Below, piece after piece: positions 12,781 to 27,341 of a stretch of DNA of 64,000 nt (position 1 is its first letter; every line of letters starts with the position of its first letter). The stretch is from Dimorphilus gyrociliatus. Lineage: Eukaryota; Animalia; Annelida. The position numbers and the translations under genes are program-made. Under the pieces are notes generated by a model. That model was given only the letters and a program-made list of their open reading frames with translations. It searched no databases and was not told where the DNA came from. The stretch spans positions 186,001 through 250,000 of the forward strand of contig CAJFCJ010000027.1 of NCBI GenBank assembly GCA_904063045.1, written 5' to 3'.

Positions 12781-15700
12781 AAAAGGAAGAGATTCTGGCT
12801 AATTATAAAAGGTGTTAATAATTTTTCGTATACACTTAAGCCCTGATAAAATCCTGCAGTACCTGCAAAAATGAATAAATGAATAAACAAATGAATAAAT
12901 AGATAAATAAAGTAAATATCCAACCTTAACCTAAATAGAGTAAAGCTGGTAAATAAACGAATATCTATTAATATATGTATATACTTATATATATATATAG
13001 GTTATATATGTAGTATTTATATTTATTAGATAAGTATAATCAAGTATATGAATATGAATTTATTTACACAAGTTAACTGGGTTTTTTCTTGCCATTTTAT
13101 TCTTTATTGGCGTTTTTTCTAAAAGAAAAAAGTTCATATACAAAGTCTTTTATAGGTAGGCCTCGTCATCATTTTCTTATAGTCTACTTATAGTATTTAA
13201 TAGCTTATTTACTATGTTTAGTATATAATAAAATTAAGTATTAAAAAAAAGCGCCATTTTCATATTAATATTCATAAAAACCCGGTTTTCAAACTAAACT
13301 ATGCGTGTTTCATTGACAGTATAAAAACCATAAGAGCGTTTCTTTGCTTTTTATGACACGTAAGGCCATCTATCTGTTGTTAAAGTTGACTTTTACAGTA
13401 AGAGTATTATTTTACTCTCTTTTCTCTTTAATTTCCTCTCTCTCTGTATATATATATATATACATATATGTATCACTCTTTTATGCCTTTGTTGTCTTTT
13501 GATGAGTTAAACAAAAAGACACAATATATTGTAAAACTATTTCAAACAAGGGACATCTACAGGAATATCCTAGCTCCATCTATGGTAGAAGAAGAGTTGA
13601 AGAGTTTTTCCTTTCTCTCTACGATAGAAGGCCGAAGGGAAACATATCGATAAAAAGACCCATCTATCGGATATAAAACAAAACAAAACAAGGTTTTATG
13701 GCAAATAGATATACAGTATTTGAATTATGAAATAAATTAAAAATATTATGTTGTATATAAATCTAATTTATTAAAAGAAACAGAAACTGGAAACTTTATT
13801 TATACACGTTTTTACAATAAAAAATATGTTTTTTTTATTTATATTATTCAAATTCTATTCTTGATTTAATGCCAAATAGAATAGATATTTAGTATTACAT
13901 TACATTGATGAATTAACAAAACTACGATAGAATTATAAGATCAGTCGAAGAAGGAGGAAGAGGAGGAGGAGGAGGAGGAGGCAAACTAAATCAAGAGATT
14001 TTAATGACATAATAAATAATCTAATTTAAAAATAAATGAAAAGATGGATGAGAAACAAAAATAGCAATTAAAGTAATATATTATATATATATACAGTATT
14101 ATGTATTATGAAGAAACAACTACAAATATCTTGCATTATGCAAAGGAACGAAGAAGTAATAATGGTCATATTTTATTTGATAATAGATAATAAGGAGAAA
14201 TACAGTGATACTAATTATAACGTTGTATAATCGATAAATTGCAGTCTAAATTTATTTAGTCCATATACAGTATATCAAAATAGAAAATTCAGAATAAAAT
14301 GCTTTAGCTCTCTATTAAAAAACTATAGTCTCTTAATGCTATATACCGTGATATACAGTTTATACATTATAATACGGGTAACAGGCTAGTGGAACAGAAA
14401 AAAAGATAATAGCTATTTAATAGGTGTGTATAATACAGAAAAAAAAAGAGAAAAAGTTGGCATGAAGCTACGTTTCCTATTGATAATGTAAAAGACAAGT
14501 GTTGATGTGATGAGAATATAATTATGCACGCCGTAAAACTGCAAAACATGATCAAATTAACTTCAGAATTATATGCATACTGGAAGAGGACGATTCTTTG
14601 TAAAATTTCACAGGCTGTTATTGTGATTAAACTAAAAGGAGTTGTTTTGAAGACTATTAAGTTAATTGTTTATTATTAAATTAATAAAACAGCACATACA
14701 CCTTATATTTTATAGACAATTATCTAACAAGTATTTACATATACTTGCATACATATATTATATAATATTTACGTTTGTAGAGCCATAGAAGGAAAAGAAA
14801 AGTTTTCTCTTTTACTAGTCAGTGTCAAGTTAAACTGCAATGAGACTATTTTCATTTTCATATTACACATATTTACTATCAATCCATGTACGTATATAAC
14901 ATAACAGATATATTAGAAGTTATGTAATAATTATACTCTCTACAGCAAAACGAGTAAATCCTTCTGTTTCTTCTTTCTTTCTAGCTATTTTTGGTTACTA
15001 ATCTAGATAATTACTTGCGTAAATTTTATTTTTCTTTACATCATTAAGAACTTTTCTACAGTTTGTCTTCCAAGAGTCAACTTTTACTAAAACAATGCAA
15101 AATCTGTCTACAGTATGTTTAATGTTTAATTTTTGCCAACAGCCTTCGAATTCTTAGACGGATTCCCTTTTTCTATTTTTAGCCTCCTTTTATTGTTTTT
15201 ATTTTTGTTTATTTATTTAAGAGAAGACGTTACAAAGATTTCTTTAAGAAAGTAAATTTTAAGGTTTCTTTTATTTTTTTTATTCTCCTTTATAAAGTAA
15301 AATAGGATTTTGCAAACGAAAGAGCAAAACAACGAGTTATTTTATCGAGAAAATTAAAGACTTTTTCCCAGTTCATACATATAAGAAGAAGAAGAAGAAG
15401 AGAGAGAGATGGATACACTTCGAATACACTCCCAATGCATTGTTCTAATAAGGAAGATGCGAAATAATAAATACTTCTGAACAATGAAAAATTTATTGAC
15501 GTTGATAGATTTTATAAAGGAAAATAATATAAAGAAAAAAGTTGACTAATGCGAATTTCTTATTACTTCAACGTAAATATTCCATTTAGATAATACAAAA
15601 GTATCAAACACTCCTTTCTAAACCTCTAGTTTTTATCTGCTTTTTTTTTGACAATGACTGTATACCTTATATTATATAAACTCTCTCTTTTCCCATACTT

Positions 15701-16458
15701 TTTACAGAGAAAACTTTTTACCTATCCAAAGTCATTTAAATAAATTTTTCTTATTCATCAAAAATCTATCTCTCTCTCTCTCTCCTCTTCGCTTCCTACT
15801 TTTATTTACCTTTGTGTTATTTTTAAGGAAAGCGATTATTGGAACAAATACTGATAAGACAACCAGTGAAGAAAGGTTAAAGGTTAGAGGGAGAAGAGAG
15901 AGATTCTTACTTTTATTAAATTATATAGATTGAAGTAAAACTTATTAAAAAACGATAGAGAATAGAAAAAGCTTTTATTCTTTCGTTTTCAACAATTTTA
16001 GAAAGCTATTTTGATTTTATTGTTGTACTCTTTTTTATGACTCAGCGTTTATATAACATTTAATGATTCTAGTCGCACTTGACTGAGAAATGTTAAGTGC
16101 TTTTGATATGTACTCCTATTTGGTAGCAGGGTGTTATGTAATCCTATTATCACCCAGCGGCATCAGATGATATCTGTTTACCTTCGACTATTCACAAAAG
16201 CTAGAGAGATAGAAATAAGAAAATATAAAAAACAGGCAAAGAAATACGAGATTAAAAAAGTACAAAACAAAAAAATCCTGATAATTCTATTTATCAATCA
16301 AATTTGATTTTGATTGGCAATCGTTTTGGTCTATTTTTAACGATTTCCCGGAGCCCAAGGCAAAAATGATATTTATGTAGAGAATAAGACAAATAAACAA
16401 ACTGTCTACTAGTAGAGAGTACAGCTGAAAAGAGGCGAGGGAGTAGGATTAGGTGAAG

Positions 16459-16492
16459 GATGATGATGATGATGATGATGATGAGGATGATG
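16459..16492. repeat. (GAT)n microsatellite
   Basis: Directly visible run with one interruption. Confidence 0.9.
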
Positions 16493-17749
16493 ACGTTTGA
16501 GAGGAAACAAATGAAGAGGCAAAATAGGCAATAAACGCAGAAATAGTAATTAGTATTCGAGTACATATTTTAATGAAGATATATCTCATATATATATATA
16601 TAGTTTATTTTTAAACATTAAAACTGAATTTCATTAAAGGAAAGAAGGATAAAAGAGAACAACTAGACATTTGAAATAGCACCATACTATAATCAGTATA
16701 TAGCTAAATATGTATTTTTGTATTTCGTGTATTAAATTGTATATAGTTATGTCTTTCTATTGTATTAAAAAGGTAAACAATAACAAAAAGAAAGCATTCA
16801 CATAGTAGATTCTAGTATGAATTTAATATATTTATACATATACAGTATATACAGTATATATGTTTATACAAGTTAATAACACTATAAATTACCTACATGC
16901 TGTGCATTATTTTCCCCATACTAAAACGTTATGACTGCTATGGATGTTATTGTGATTTAATTAAATATATCATTACTAATAGAATAATCTTTATACGTAT
17001 TTATTCAATGGAAAGTAATCGATATATCATTTTTCTTTTGATTAGTCAACAGATATTATTCTACTATTTTCAAAGTCACCAGCATCTTTCACCTTTTTAT
17101 TTGATAGGAAAAGTAATACCCGATTGAGAAATATTAAGATTTTAACCCTGAAAAAATTACAAGGGAAGCTCGGAAAAGAGCAAAATGCTCGAGGAAGAGT
17201 CAACTGTCTTTGAAGAAGTTGACATATGAAAGTAACTCACCGAGTGATCTGTGAACACTCTTTTCTTTCCTCACCAAAGACTAAATCTTGACAATGGAAC
17301 GCATTAAAAAGGAAAATAGAAAAATCCATCATATGATCCTAAAAGAGATGATTTGGCTAGAAAAAAACAATAGAAAAGAGAAGAGAAGAGAGAGAAGAGA
17401 ATATCTGTATATATATATCCTTATATATATATATATCTATATATATATATATACAGTATATACTGTATAAAGATATATATTCCACAATCAGTCCACAGAA
17501 TATTTAGGGAATAAAAAACAAACATACTTTCTGGACTGTTAAGTATTCTTTTCTCATATTCTTATCCTATTTTTATATATCAAATTATCAAGTTAATTAT
17601 AAAATTTTCTTATTATTACTATTATTATTATTATTATTATTTCAATGAAAAAAATAGGCTAATAATATATTAAAACCTTCTAATTGGAAAGTAAGAATGG
17701 ATAGAATAAGGGAAAGAGTCGGCAGTAATTGTAGTGCTAGTAGTAGCAG

Positions 17750-17777
17750 TTGTAGTAGTAGTAGTAGTAGTAGTAGT
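17750..17777. repeat. (TAG)n microsatellite
   Basis: Directly visible run. Confidence 0.9.
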
Positions 17778-18581
17778 GGTAATGTTATAGGCGATCCTGA
17801 TCAATAAATAACTTCTTAGTAATACCAATAATGTTAAATTTAAGGCGAGTCTTGGGGAAAAATCTATTGTAAATTTAAAAGATTCTCTAAAAATAGTCTC
17901 TCTGAATTATAAACAGAAATAAATCCTAACGGTCTGATTAAGCAAAAAAGATGGGCTAAAGAAGCTTAAAAGCTTTGTAGGCAGAAAGGTTTTGCCCGCA
18001 GCTAATTTATTTCTCCATCTGTTTTAACGATAAGATTCTTGAAAGATAGGCCTATTTTATTGTCTATCGCTAAACGTATATCCAGTATTAGTAATCTATA
18101 ATTTTTTATTTATTGAGCGAGATATTTTTAAATTATCCATACCATTCTCTTTTCATTTCGAAAAGAAATTAGGTCACTTAAGGAGAATTGTTCATAAAAA
18201 AGGATTTAGAGTTATTTAAAGGTGGAATGGAGGAAGTAAGGGAAAAGTTTTAGGTCGGCCATTACTCCGAATCCTCTTTACAATAGCTTTGTTATATAGA
18301 GAATTTGTCTGTTTATAAGCCCAATATTCTATACATAATAAAGTCTATTTGTCATACTATTATAATTAATAGACCTATGGGAAGAATAAGTTTACTAGGA
18401 GAAAGGTAGTCGGTGTGTTTTTTTTTCCCTTTTTTTCTTTTTTTCATTATTCGTAGACTATTCACAGAATAATACGGCGCGTGAAAGAAGAAGGAAGGAT
18501 AAATTGAGGAGAGACGAGTAGTGAAGTGATGGGGAAGATTGGAGAGCTTTTCTTTTTTTTAATTTCTTTGATACTGTTTTT

Positions 18582-18611
18582 ATATACACTGTACGATATA
18601 CATATATACAG

Positions 18612-18644
<33 letters not shown>

Positions 18645-18677
18645 TACATATACCATATATACACTGCACAATACACA

Positions 18678-18715
<38 letters not shown>

Positions 18716-18725
18716 CAGTATATAC
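18582..18725. repeat. Compound (TA)n tract with a degenerate tandem duplication of a tatacactg...cagta(TA)n unit
   Basis: Two similar ~65-bp units each begin tatacactg and end in cag(TA)n-aaa. Confidence 0.6.
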
Positions 18726-21700
18726 GTGTATACGCATTTATAGATATACATATATTATTAAGAAAGCGATAGAGAGAGAGAGAGAGAGAGAGATATCCTC
18801 TAGTCATGCATACATTTGAGAATTTTACGTCTGTTCCGTTAAGTCCAAGTTGAAAATTGTGTTTGTTTGTCTTTTTTCCTTGCTATACTTTTTCAAATTC
18901 TCTTTGTAGAAAGTAAGATTTAAATATATTGATTATCTAAGGAATAGAATTCTCTCTCTCTCTAATATATATATATTAGACAATAGTCATCCTCTTACGT
19001 ACAAATAATAAGCAGAGTTCAGAATAAACTGTTTATTTATATGGAATTGAATTAAAATTATGACTTCAACAAAATAATTCTGTGCTGGAATATTAAAATA
19101 GATGGAAATTATTATAAAACTGCACAAGATTTCTTTTTAAATATCAATCATTTGGAATGCAAGTAACGCACTAAGTTGCTAATTAATTATAGATAGTTCT
19201 GGATTGGACGCTGATTAGACTCAATCTTTACGTTGGACATGCTCTTTTAGATGATAAGAATTAAAGTTTAAAGGTTAAGTTAATCAATATTCCATTAAAT
19301 AATTAAATATCTGTTCTTGGTGGGTTTTTTTTCAAAGAAACTTTTGAATGACGTACAAAATTATTCATTTTACGCATGAACAGCTCATTTTAGGTAGCCA
19401 TTTTACCATTTTATCCAATTACTGTATCTTGAAAATAATTGAACTTTTTCCTCGTCTACTTCTTTCTTTCGATCAAAAAATGAATGGATAATTTTTTTTA
19501 ATACTTTTTCAATGCTTTATTTCGTTTAAAAAATACTTAAAACTTATTTGCATACATGTCTTGTATTATTCAATGTTTTTTACTAATTAACTATTTCATT
19601 CTGACTAGGTCAATGGCACTCTTCTCTCTCTCTAACCAAATGTTGTAAATTATGAGTAAATAACTATTTTATTAATATTTAATATAAATAGCGGCGACTT
19701 GTGGCTAAAACGCAATTAATTTATCGAAAAAGACAAACTTGACACCTATTATAATTAGTTATCAATCAGCTAATTTACACGACCGAGGCCTTTAAAGGTC
19801 AAGAAAAAAGAGTAACGCTAAGAGAGAGAAAAATAGCGAGAGGGAGAATAAGTAGGGGAGGAAAGTAGGTAGTGAGAGAGAGAGAGAGAGAGAAAAGAAA
19901 GACAGAGATTGAATAAAAGTGATAGATAAATAGATAAATAGATAAATAGATGTATAAAATATTAATTGATTGATTAATTGATTGATTAAAGGAATGAACA
20001 GAATGAATTTGTTTAATAATCTTTTCAGAAAGAAGAAAACGCCTAGTCGACTAGTATGGATGGATGAGAGAAAATATAATGATAAAGAATTGAAAAGAAG
20101 AATATATACAGTACATATAAAGTATATATATCTATATATTCTTATATTTTTCATCTTTTCTATTTAAAGTCTGTCTTGTTTCTTTTCAAAGTTTGTTCGT
20201 ATAGATAATAAATTATTATAGTGTAATAAAGAAATGAGAAAAACGTATCGAGTACAAGGTAGAAATACACAACTTAATATTAGAATGTAATAATTATCTG
20301 ATGGAGACCCCAAAGAAATTAGTTTGTCAATGCTTAGCCAGGTATAGCATTTGCATTGCAATTAGTAATTAATTTTTTATACAAAACACTTGAGTTTAAT
20401 GCTGAATGGAGCGGATAAACTTTCAGATGGCTTTTCCTTCTTCCAATGGAAGAATATTTAAAGAAAGAAATGAAAGACTGATAACACGGAGGAGAAGAAA
20501 AAAAGTAGAAAAGGAAAAAAAGATTGTTTAAATCAAACGTTATATATTGTTTTATTACTTAAACAAAAACAGTATCCTAAGCTATAGAGTCCAATATAAG
20601 GAGAGCAAGCAATGTATTTATAGATACATTAACTTAGATAAGTCAATATGGACATACAATCTAGTAAAGATTGAATCACATATACTTCGCCATTATTTTC
20701 TATCTTTAGCAACTAAATTTATGAACACCTTTCTAGATTTTTTTATGTCAATATTTTAAATTAACTTAAATTATTCCGCTAGACTTTTCTCTCTCTCTCT
20801 CTCTCTCTTTCTGCTTATTTTTCTCTCTATCCCAACTAGAATAAAGTATTTTTTTCTTTTCTACAACGTTTTGTACTCCAGAGCTTCATCTCCTAGGAGT
20901 AGTTTTAATTCGTGTTCGCGTATATAGCTCTTTGTAGGCGAAAAAATCAAATAATATATAGAATACTATACAAACTATCAGTCTCTTATATAAATAATAG
21001 AAGAGAGAGAGAGAGAGAGGGAGAGAGAGAGGGAAGAAAGATTAAAGAAAGGTAAAGAAGTTTTGAAAACTATCGATCTTAGGCCTAACGTGAGAAATTT
21101 ATTTAAGTCAATCTCCTTATAATGATAATTATTAACTAATTTTCATATTTTTTCCAACTACGAAATCACGCAAAAGTATCGGGAAATTTCGAAATTAGTT
21201 GTGGCATGTTTTATCTTTAAAGGACGATTTTGTTGCAGAGAGAAAGTAAAGTTAAGAGTGTTGACTTAAATATGTATGTGGTCTTCTGCATATAGAATAT
21301 ATATTTACTATTGTATATCTTTCATTAAATTAATATATTGCATAGGTGAAATAATTAGTTTTCGCTGCTACTCTATACAATATATGAATACAATATATTC
21401 ATTTTATGTATAGTTCTATTTATTCTAACTATTCACTTATTAAAATAATATCAAAAACGATCGATTATTAATTCTAAACACGATCTTATTAATGATTCTT
21501 CTTCATCTTCTTATTTCTTCTTCTTTTACTTCCCCTCCGTCTCACTTTTATTCTTATAGTCAGTCATTTCTCCCTCTTCCTTCTGCCTCTTTCTCTCAAC
21601 TTGGTATTTAGTCTTAAAGTAGAATTTAAAGCCGAACTAATCCTTTGTAAATCCATTAACAGAAGTAGGAAGTTGATAGGTCGAGGTATTAAATATACTT

Positions 21701-24700
21701 TATTTTTTTTACTTTCACTTGAAATGAGTTAATAACTCTTTCATTGCTTTCATTTCTTTTCTATCCGCCTTCTTCCTCCGATTTATACAAGCTTTGACTT
21801 TATCCTCTTCGATTCTATTATTGGAAAAAACAATTCAAGTTTGCTTTTTTTTATCAAGCTACTTTTACTCTTTTTATAGATTGAAAGAAATACTATTAAG
21901 AGTATATTAATAATAGTATTGGGAGAAAATGGCTTAACCATATTAAATACAGCAAAAACCATAATTCAGCGATAGTTTCAATGGCTATGCAATCAAATTG
22001 ATTAGAATTATATATATTTATAAATAGTATATTATAATTAATTAATATATATACTGTATATTGTACATATGATCTTTTATTTATAAACTGATTTACTCTT
22101 AGAATCACACACATATACATTTTTCATTAAGCTTTATGGAATTAATACTTTCGAAAGAAAAGGAGAGAAAAGAAAAGAAGAGCATATTCTCTAAAATACA
22201 TCAATCTTACTTTTTTCTAGCTATGAAAAGAGCAAGCTAAATGTATAGCTTATGATTGAGCGATTTAAATGACGACGACGACGACGAAGGATGCTTATGA
22301 TGATGATTGTACAGCAATAGAATGAATGGAAAGGAATAAAGAGGACAATCAAAACTAACAATATCTAATGTACATTAAAATTATCCTTTTTGTAAAACTA
22401 TTTAATTAACGTCAAAGCAAACAGTAAAGGACGAGAGAGAGAATGAAACACTGACTGAAATATGAATATTTATAGTTAGATATACGTAATCTGATTTATT
22501 GTTTTTAATTCTTTTGTAGTTTACGTTCATTAGCAGAATAAACTGAAAATATATGAAATACATAAGATCTTGACAATACAAATAGAGAAATTGGCTAATT
22601 TTTACGTTAATGATGACTTTTGAAGATGACTATATAGGAAAATATTAGTTTTCATTTTCCTTAATTCGTGGTATAAAAGCACTCAAGCAACCTAATTAAA
22701 AAACAACAGAAACCGCTCTATGAAACACTTCTCTAAGCAATTCGTGACTGGAACATTACAGTTGGTCGCCTATTGCTGCACGCCCTTATTCCAGAGCGTG
22801 ACTAGATTCCACCTCTATATTTTAGCGAACCAATTTTTTTATGTAAAAGAGAAGCTTGCTAAACAAACTCTAACAATCGAGCACCTTTCCTAACTTGCCC
22901 AGTTGTTCGATTTTAAATTCATTTTTAAACTAATTACTTTTCTTTTCTTTGCGTGTCAAAGGAGATAGACAGAGAAAGCAGAGGACGAAGAAGAACTCGG
23001 CTGCAACATCAACACTACCATAGACAATAATCCGAACAGTAATAACAATGAGAAACAATTGAAAACTACATAAAAACAAAGGAAAAAAGTGACGCTTAAA
23101 ATTATGTATAGGACATGTTTGTATTTTGTATATCATTTGACAATCCTTGACAATATTTGAAAATTCATTTAGTGTCTACATACGCTTCAATGAGCTCTTT
23201 CTGTCCGTCTGCAATAAAATTAACCGAATGAAGGCGGCTTTCCAAGAAAATTCTATGGAAAAATTGTGAAAAATCGAGGAAATTTATTAAGACGAAAAAC
23301 CTAAAATGTACAATTTTACTATAAAATGGTGATTAGTTGATTGTATGAGTTTTAGCTTTCTCTATGTAGACAATTTAAACCATTTATCCCTGTCCGCATT
23401 TACTTCCGGATCCAAAACTAGAGCCAATTGAAGGCAAGTTTACAGATTCACCAATACAATTGTTATGACAAATTATACATTGGCAATTTAAACTATCTCA
23501 ATTGCCGTATAACAAAAAAAATACAAACAGATAGAATATCATCTGTTTAAGATTAGTTTTCGAAAAGAGTGAGTTGATGTAATCCTCAAAAAGCTGTCTA
23601 GTTATTCTACATAGCGTTATGATAGAATCAGTGAAGTATCTCTTCTCTCGTCTTGTATTCTTAGTAACATCATCATATTAAATTACTTCTTCACTCTTAC
23701 TATCTCTCTCTTTCAATTTTCCCTTTTCTTTTCTGATTTTCGGTCATCGTTTTTTATCGTTTTTTTCTTATCTATTAGTTTTATTAGGCCTGCTTTTGCT
23801 TTTTAAATTTAATTCATTAGCAAAAAATGAAGCATTTTGCTTGGAAAACCTTTTATTTATTAGTTTAGAAGAATTTAAAAGTATATAAAAACATATATAT
23901 TGTGTCTATACCGGTAAATAGACTATATAAAGTATATACTCTATACAGTATATATATTTATCTACATATAATTTAAGATGATTGAAAATTGTAGGCTGGT
24001 TTTTTTTCCACTCTCTTCTTCTCTTTCCTAGTTACTCTATTCCTTTTCAAAAATAAGATAAAAGAATATTTTAAATAGGTTATGAAAATTTTTCATATTA
24101 ATTTATTATAGCTGTTATTAAAGAAATAACAAAAGAGATACTGTAACGTGATCTGGACACTGAAAAAATTAGCTTAGAAGATAAAATTTATGTAAAGAAG
24201 AATATTGGAAATATATACTGAAGAAAGAAGAATGCAGACTACACATTAATTGGCATATAATCATTCCTCTACTGGGAATATTAATACAAGAAGCATTGTA
24301 ATATATAAATTTTTCAATACTCATTTTCTAATTCAACTTCTTTTTCATTATCGTCATCTTCGCTTTTCTCTTCTCCTTCTTCTTCTTCTTCTACGTTTTT
24401 CTCTTTACAAAATGCAATTCAACAGAATAAAGATTGGCTAATGGATGGATTAATAATTTTAATTCGTTGACGATTACAGCAGTTGGGGTGCTCTTCAAAC
24501 CTTTTAACATCAGGACACCCCTGCTAAGATTATCAATTTAATGTTTCCTGTTTATTTCTATAGCTTCTCTCCTAGCGGTTCTCAACAAGTGTTTTTACGC
24601 TTTGTCTCATTTGTCTTTGGGTATTTTAGGTTCGGCTATAAAAATACCAATTGATGGGTATTCAATTATTAATTATCATGATGAGTGTATAACATATCTT

Positions 24701-25079
24701 GCTGATTATATCCGTAATCGGAGCTGTACAGGTGAAAGCGATATTATTCTATCATCCAGAAATGTTGACAATTTAATTTTTCTGGTCTGGTAGTCTTTAA
24801 CAATAGTAAACGCCTTTTTTCTGATTAAGGTCTTAGGACGATGCTAAATTATTTTTGGCCAAAAAAAATTGTTACTTTTTTTTATATAATTTCATTTGTA
24901 TATTAATTCACAAACAATTGTTTAATAATACAAAATAAAGTTTGAAGAACTAAATCGAATATTCAAACTAAACTTGGGAATTGTCCTAATAGGAAGATAA
25001 TCAAGAGTGTGATATAGAGAAGGATAAAAAATATACAGAAATAGACGAGGTGAGAAACAAAGAGAGAAAGAGTCAGAGT

Positions 25080-25082
<3 letters not shown>

Positions 25083-25128
<46 letters not shown>
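25083..25128. repeat. (GA)n microsatellite
   Basis: Directly visible run; many similar (GA/TC)n tracts occur elsewhere. Confidence 0.95.
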
Positions 25129-25130
<2 letters not shown>

Positions 25131-25509
25131 GGGAGAGGGAATGGTGTAGGCGTGAGAGTAATGTATATTTTCGTCATTGAGCTTAATTTTGGAAAGGGTC
25201 CTTAGGGAAGTTTTGTAAAGTATAGAGAAATATTTTTTTTTTATAAATTTCAAGGCCTATAGGAATAGGGAAAAAGAAGAGGTTTTTAGGAGGAAAACGT
25301 ATAAATTTACAGATTGGTCATGCGCATATGAAAATATGCCAGGGGCGTACTAATATTCCCTTTATATTTTCTACTGATGACAAATTCGGCACCATATCAA
25401 GGGAAGAGAAAAAGGAAACGGGAAAGAAAGAGAAACTGCAAGATAAAGAGTTTTTTTGGAACAGAAGAAGTTATATTTATAAATATGCATAAATATATAT
25501 ATTCTGTGT

Positions 25510-25540
<31 letters not shown>

Positions 25541-27302
25541 AAAACAGAGAGACAGAAACGAAGAGAAAGACAGAGACAGAGACAGCGAGAAGATGAAAAG
25601 AGCTAAGAAAAGGAGTGGTGAAGGGAAGAGGAAGGAAAGAAATGAATAAAGGAAAAAAAGAAAGAGATTATGTAAATACACGTTAACGCTTGTTGAATTG
25701 ATAAAGAAGGGAATCTTTATATTTTTTGAGGTAGGGATATACAAGTAATATATTTGAGTAATATTTTACAAACTAATTTTACGGTGGAATGTATATATTT
25801 GTCTAAAAAGAGAATAATCCAGCGGCAAGGGGAAAGTAAAAGAAGAAATATTCAATAACGACAAATACAAGACAGTCACAATTTATTCATGGTATCAAAA
25901 AATTAATTGAATTTCGTATATATTTTATTTGAATAATGAGTTAATATAAATTCTGATCAGTAATTTTCTACATGTTAATGAAAAAATGCAAAGTCAAAAG
26001 GAAAGTTTCAAATTTCACTATCGCCAATTTAATCAAGCATTCTTTGACAACGCTTTTCAATGTATACGGTAATTATAGGAAGGCGATGGCAGCACGTAAT
26101 GCTGTTGCAATTGGCTGTGCTTAAGCGTTTGATCGCGAAAGGTTATTGTTTTTATACAATTCTTACACACGAACGTCAATAAAAATCATTGAGTAGTGAA
26201 CAGTTTATGATGACATCAATACCATCCAGGGGAAAGAAACCATTAGGAAGGGAAGAGGCGGGAAAATTCCTAACATAAGGAAAAGAAGAAAAACAAGATG
26301 AAAAGAGAAATCGAATAGTTGAAATAAATAAGAGAAGAAAAGGTGGGAGATATATGGCTAGAAAAAGGTGGTTTGGAGAGAGAGAGAGGAAGGGAGGGAG
26401 AAGGAAAAAAGGGGAAATATTTCAATAGATAACATAGCAATTAAAAATCTGTATTATGTTTTAGTTGGTAATTTTATAATGTATATTGACTTGGACTTAA
26501 TCCAATTTTGAAGAAGGCAATTTCTAAAGTATTAGGCCTATGAATATTTAGTTTATTATAGTAATAGTAATTTATAAACTAGCTTGTTTTTAATAAGTCA
26601 GGGAGCACAAATGAAACAAACAAAAAATGCAACGACGAGCTGATGGAAGCTTAATGCGAGTTTCAAATGACTAAAACTTGTATAGTTTTATGAAAATAGC
26701 AAAAGTTAAAGAGTTATCTTTAAAATATCGATTAATCATATTTTGCTGCTTAGTAGATTAAAGACTCTTTTTCGGTATAAAGAGACGAAAGTTTATCTTC
26801 TTCTTTTCTAATTGCCAAGTTAATGAGTAAAAATAGAAGGAAAAATAGGAAAAGAATAAATGAGTTTAAATTTCCTAAAGGCCCAATTCTAAAACTTCTT
26901 TAGCGTTTAATTGAAATTTAATTCATTTAAATATTAAACAAGAGAAAAATGACTAAATATTAATTGAGAAATATTGTTTCATTACTTGCCAATTTGTTTC
27001 CTGTTTTTTGTTATTTTCGCTAAATAGACGTTTTTTTTTAGTAACGCCTCAACGTACCATTGTTTCTAAATTGATGTAATTTAATTGTAAATACTGCATT
27101 ATACATACAAACATATCTATGTATATAAATATAGCTATAAATATAAATATATAAGTATATAGAGTACATATACAGTACATATGATATATAATAAATAATT
27201 AATAAATATTAACAATCACATTGTATTCATTTAAATACTTGTATCCAATTTTTTTAACATGCCTATAACTTTTACTTAGAAACTGTGAGATTGTTTCCTT
27301 TA

Positions 27303-27341
<39 letters not shown>

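Noticed and set aside
17141-17470. Basic peptide KITREARKRAKCSRKSQLSLKKL, reminiscent of a Tc1 linker; similarly KNVVCGDEFMF near 34300
   Set aside because: The resemblance is too weak, with no TIRs or further transposase motifs nearby.
24480-24840. Moderately complex segment with a 63-aa ORF and broken hydrophobic or basic readings on both strands
   Set aside because: It may be a very old TE or pseudogene fragment, but I can name no motif.
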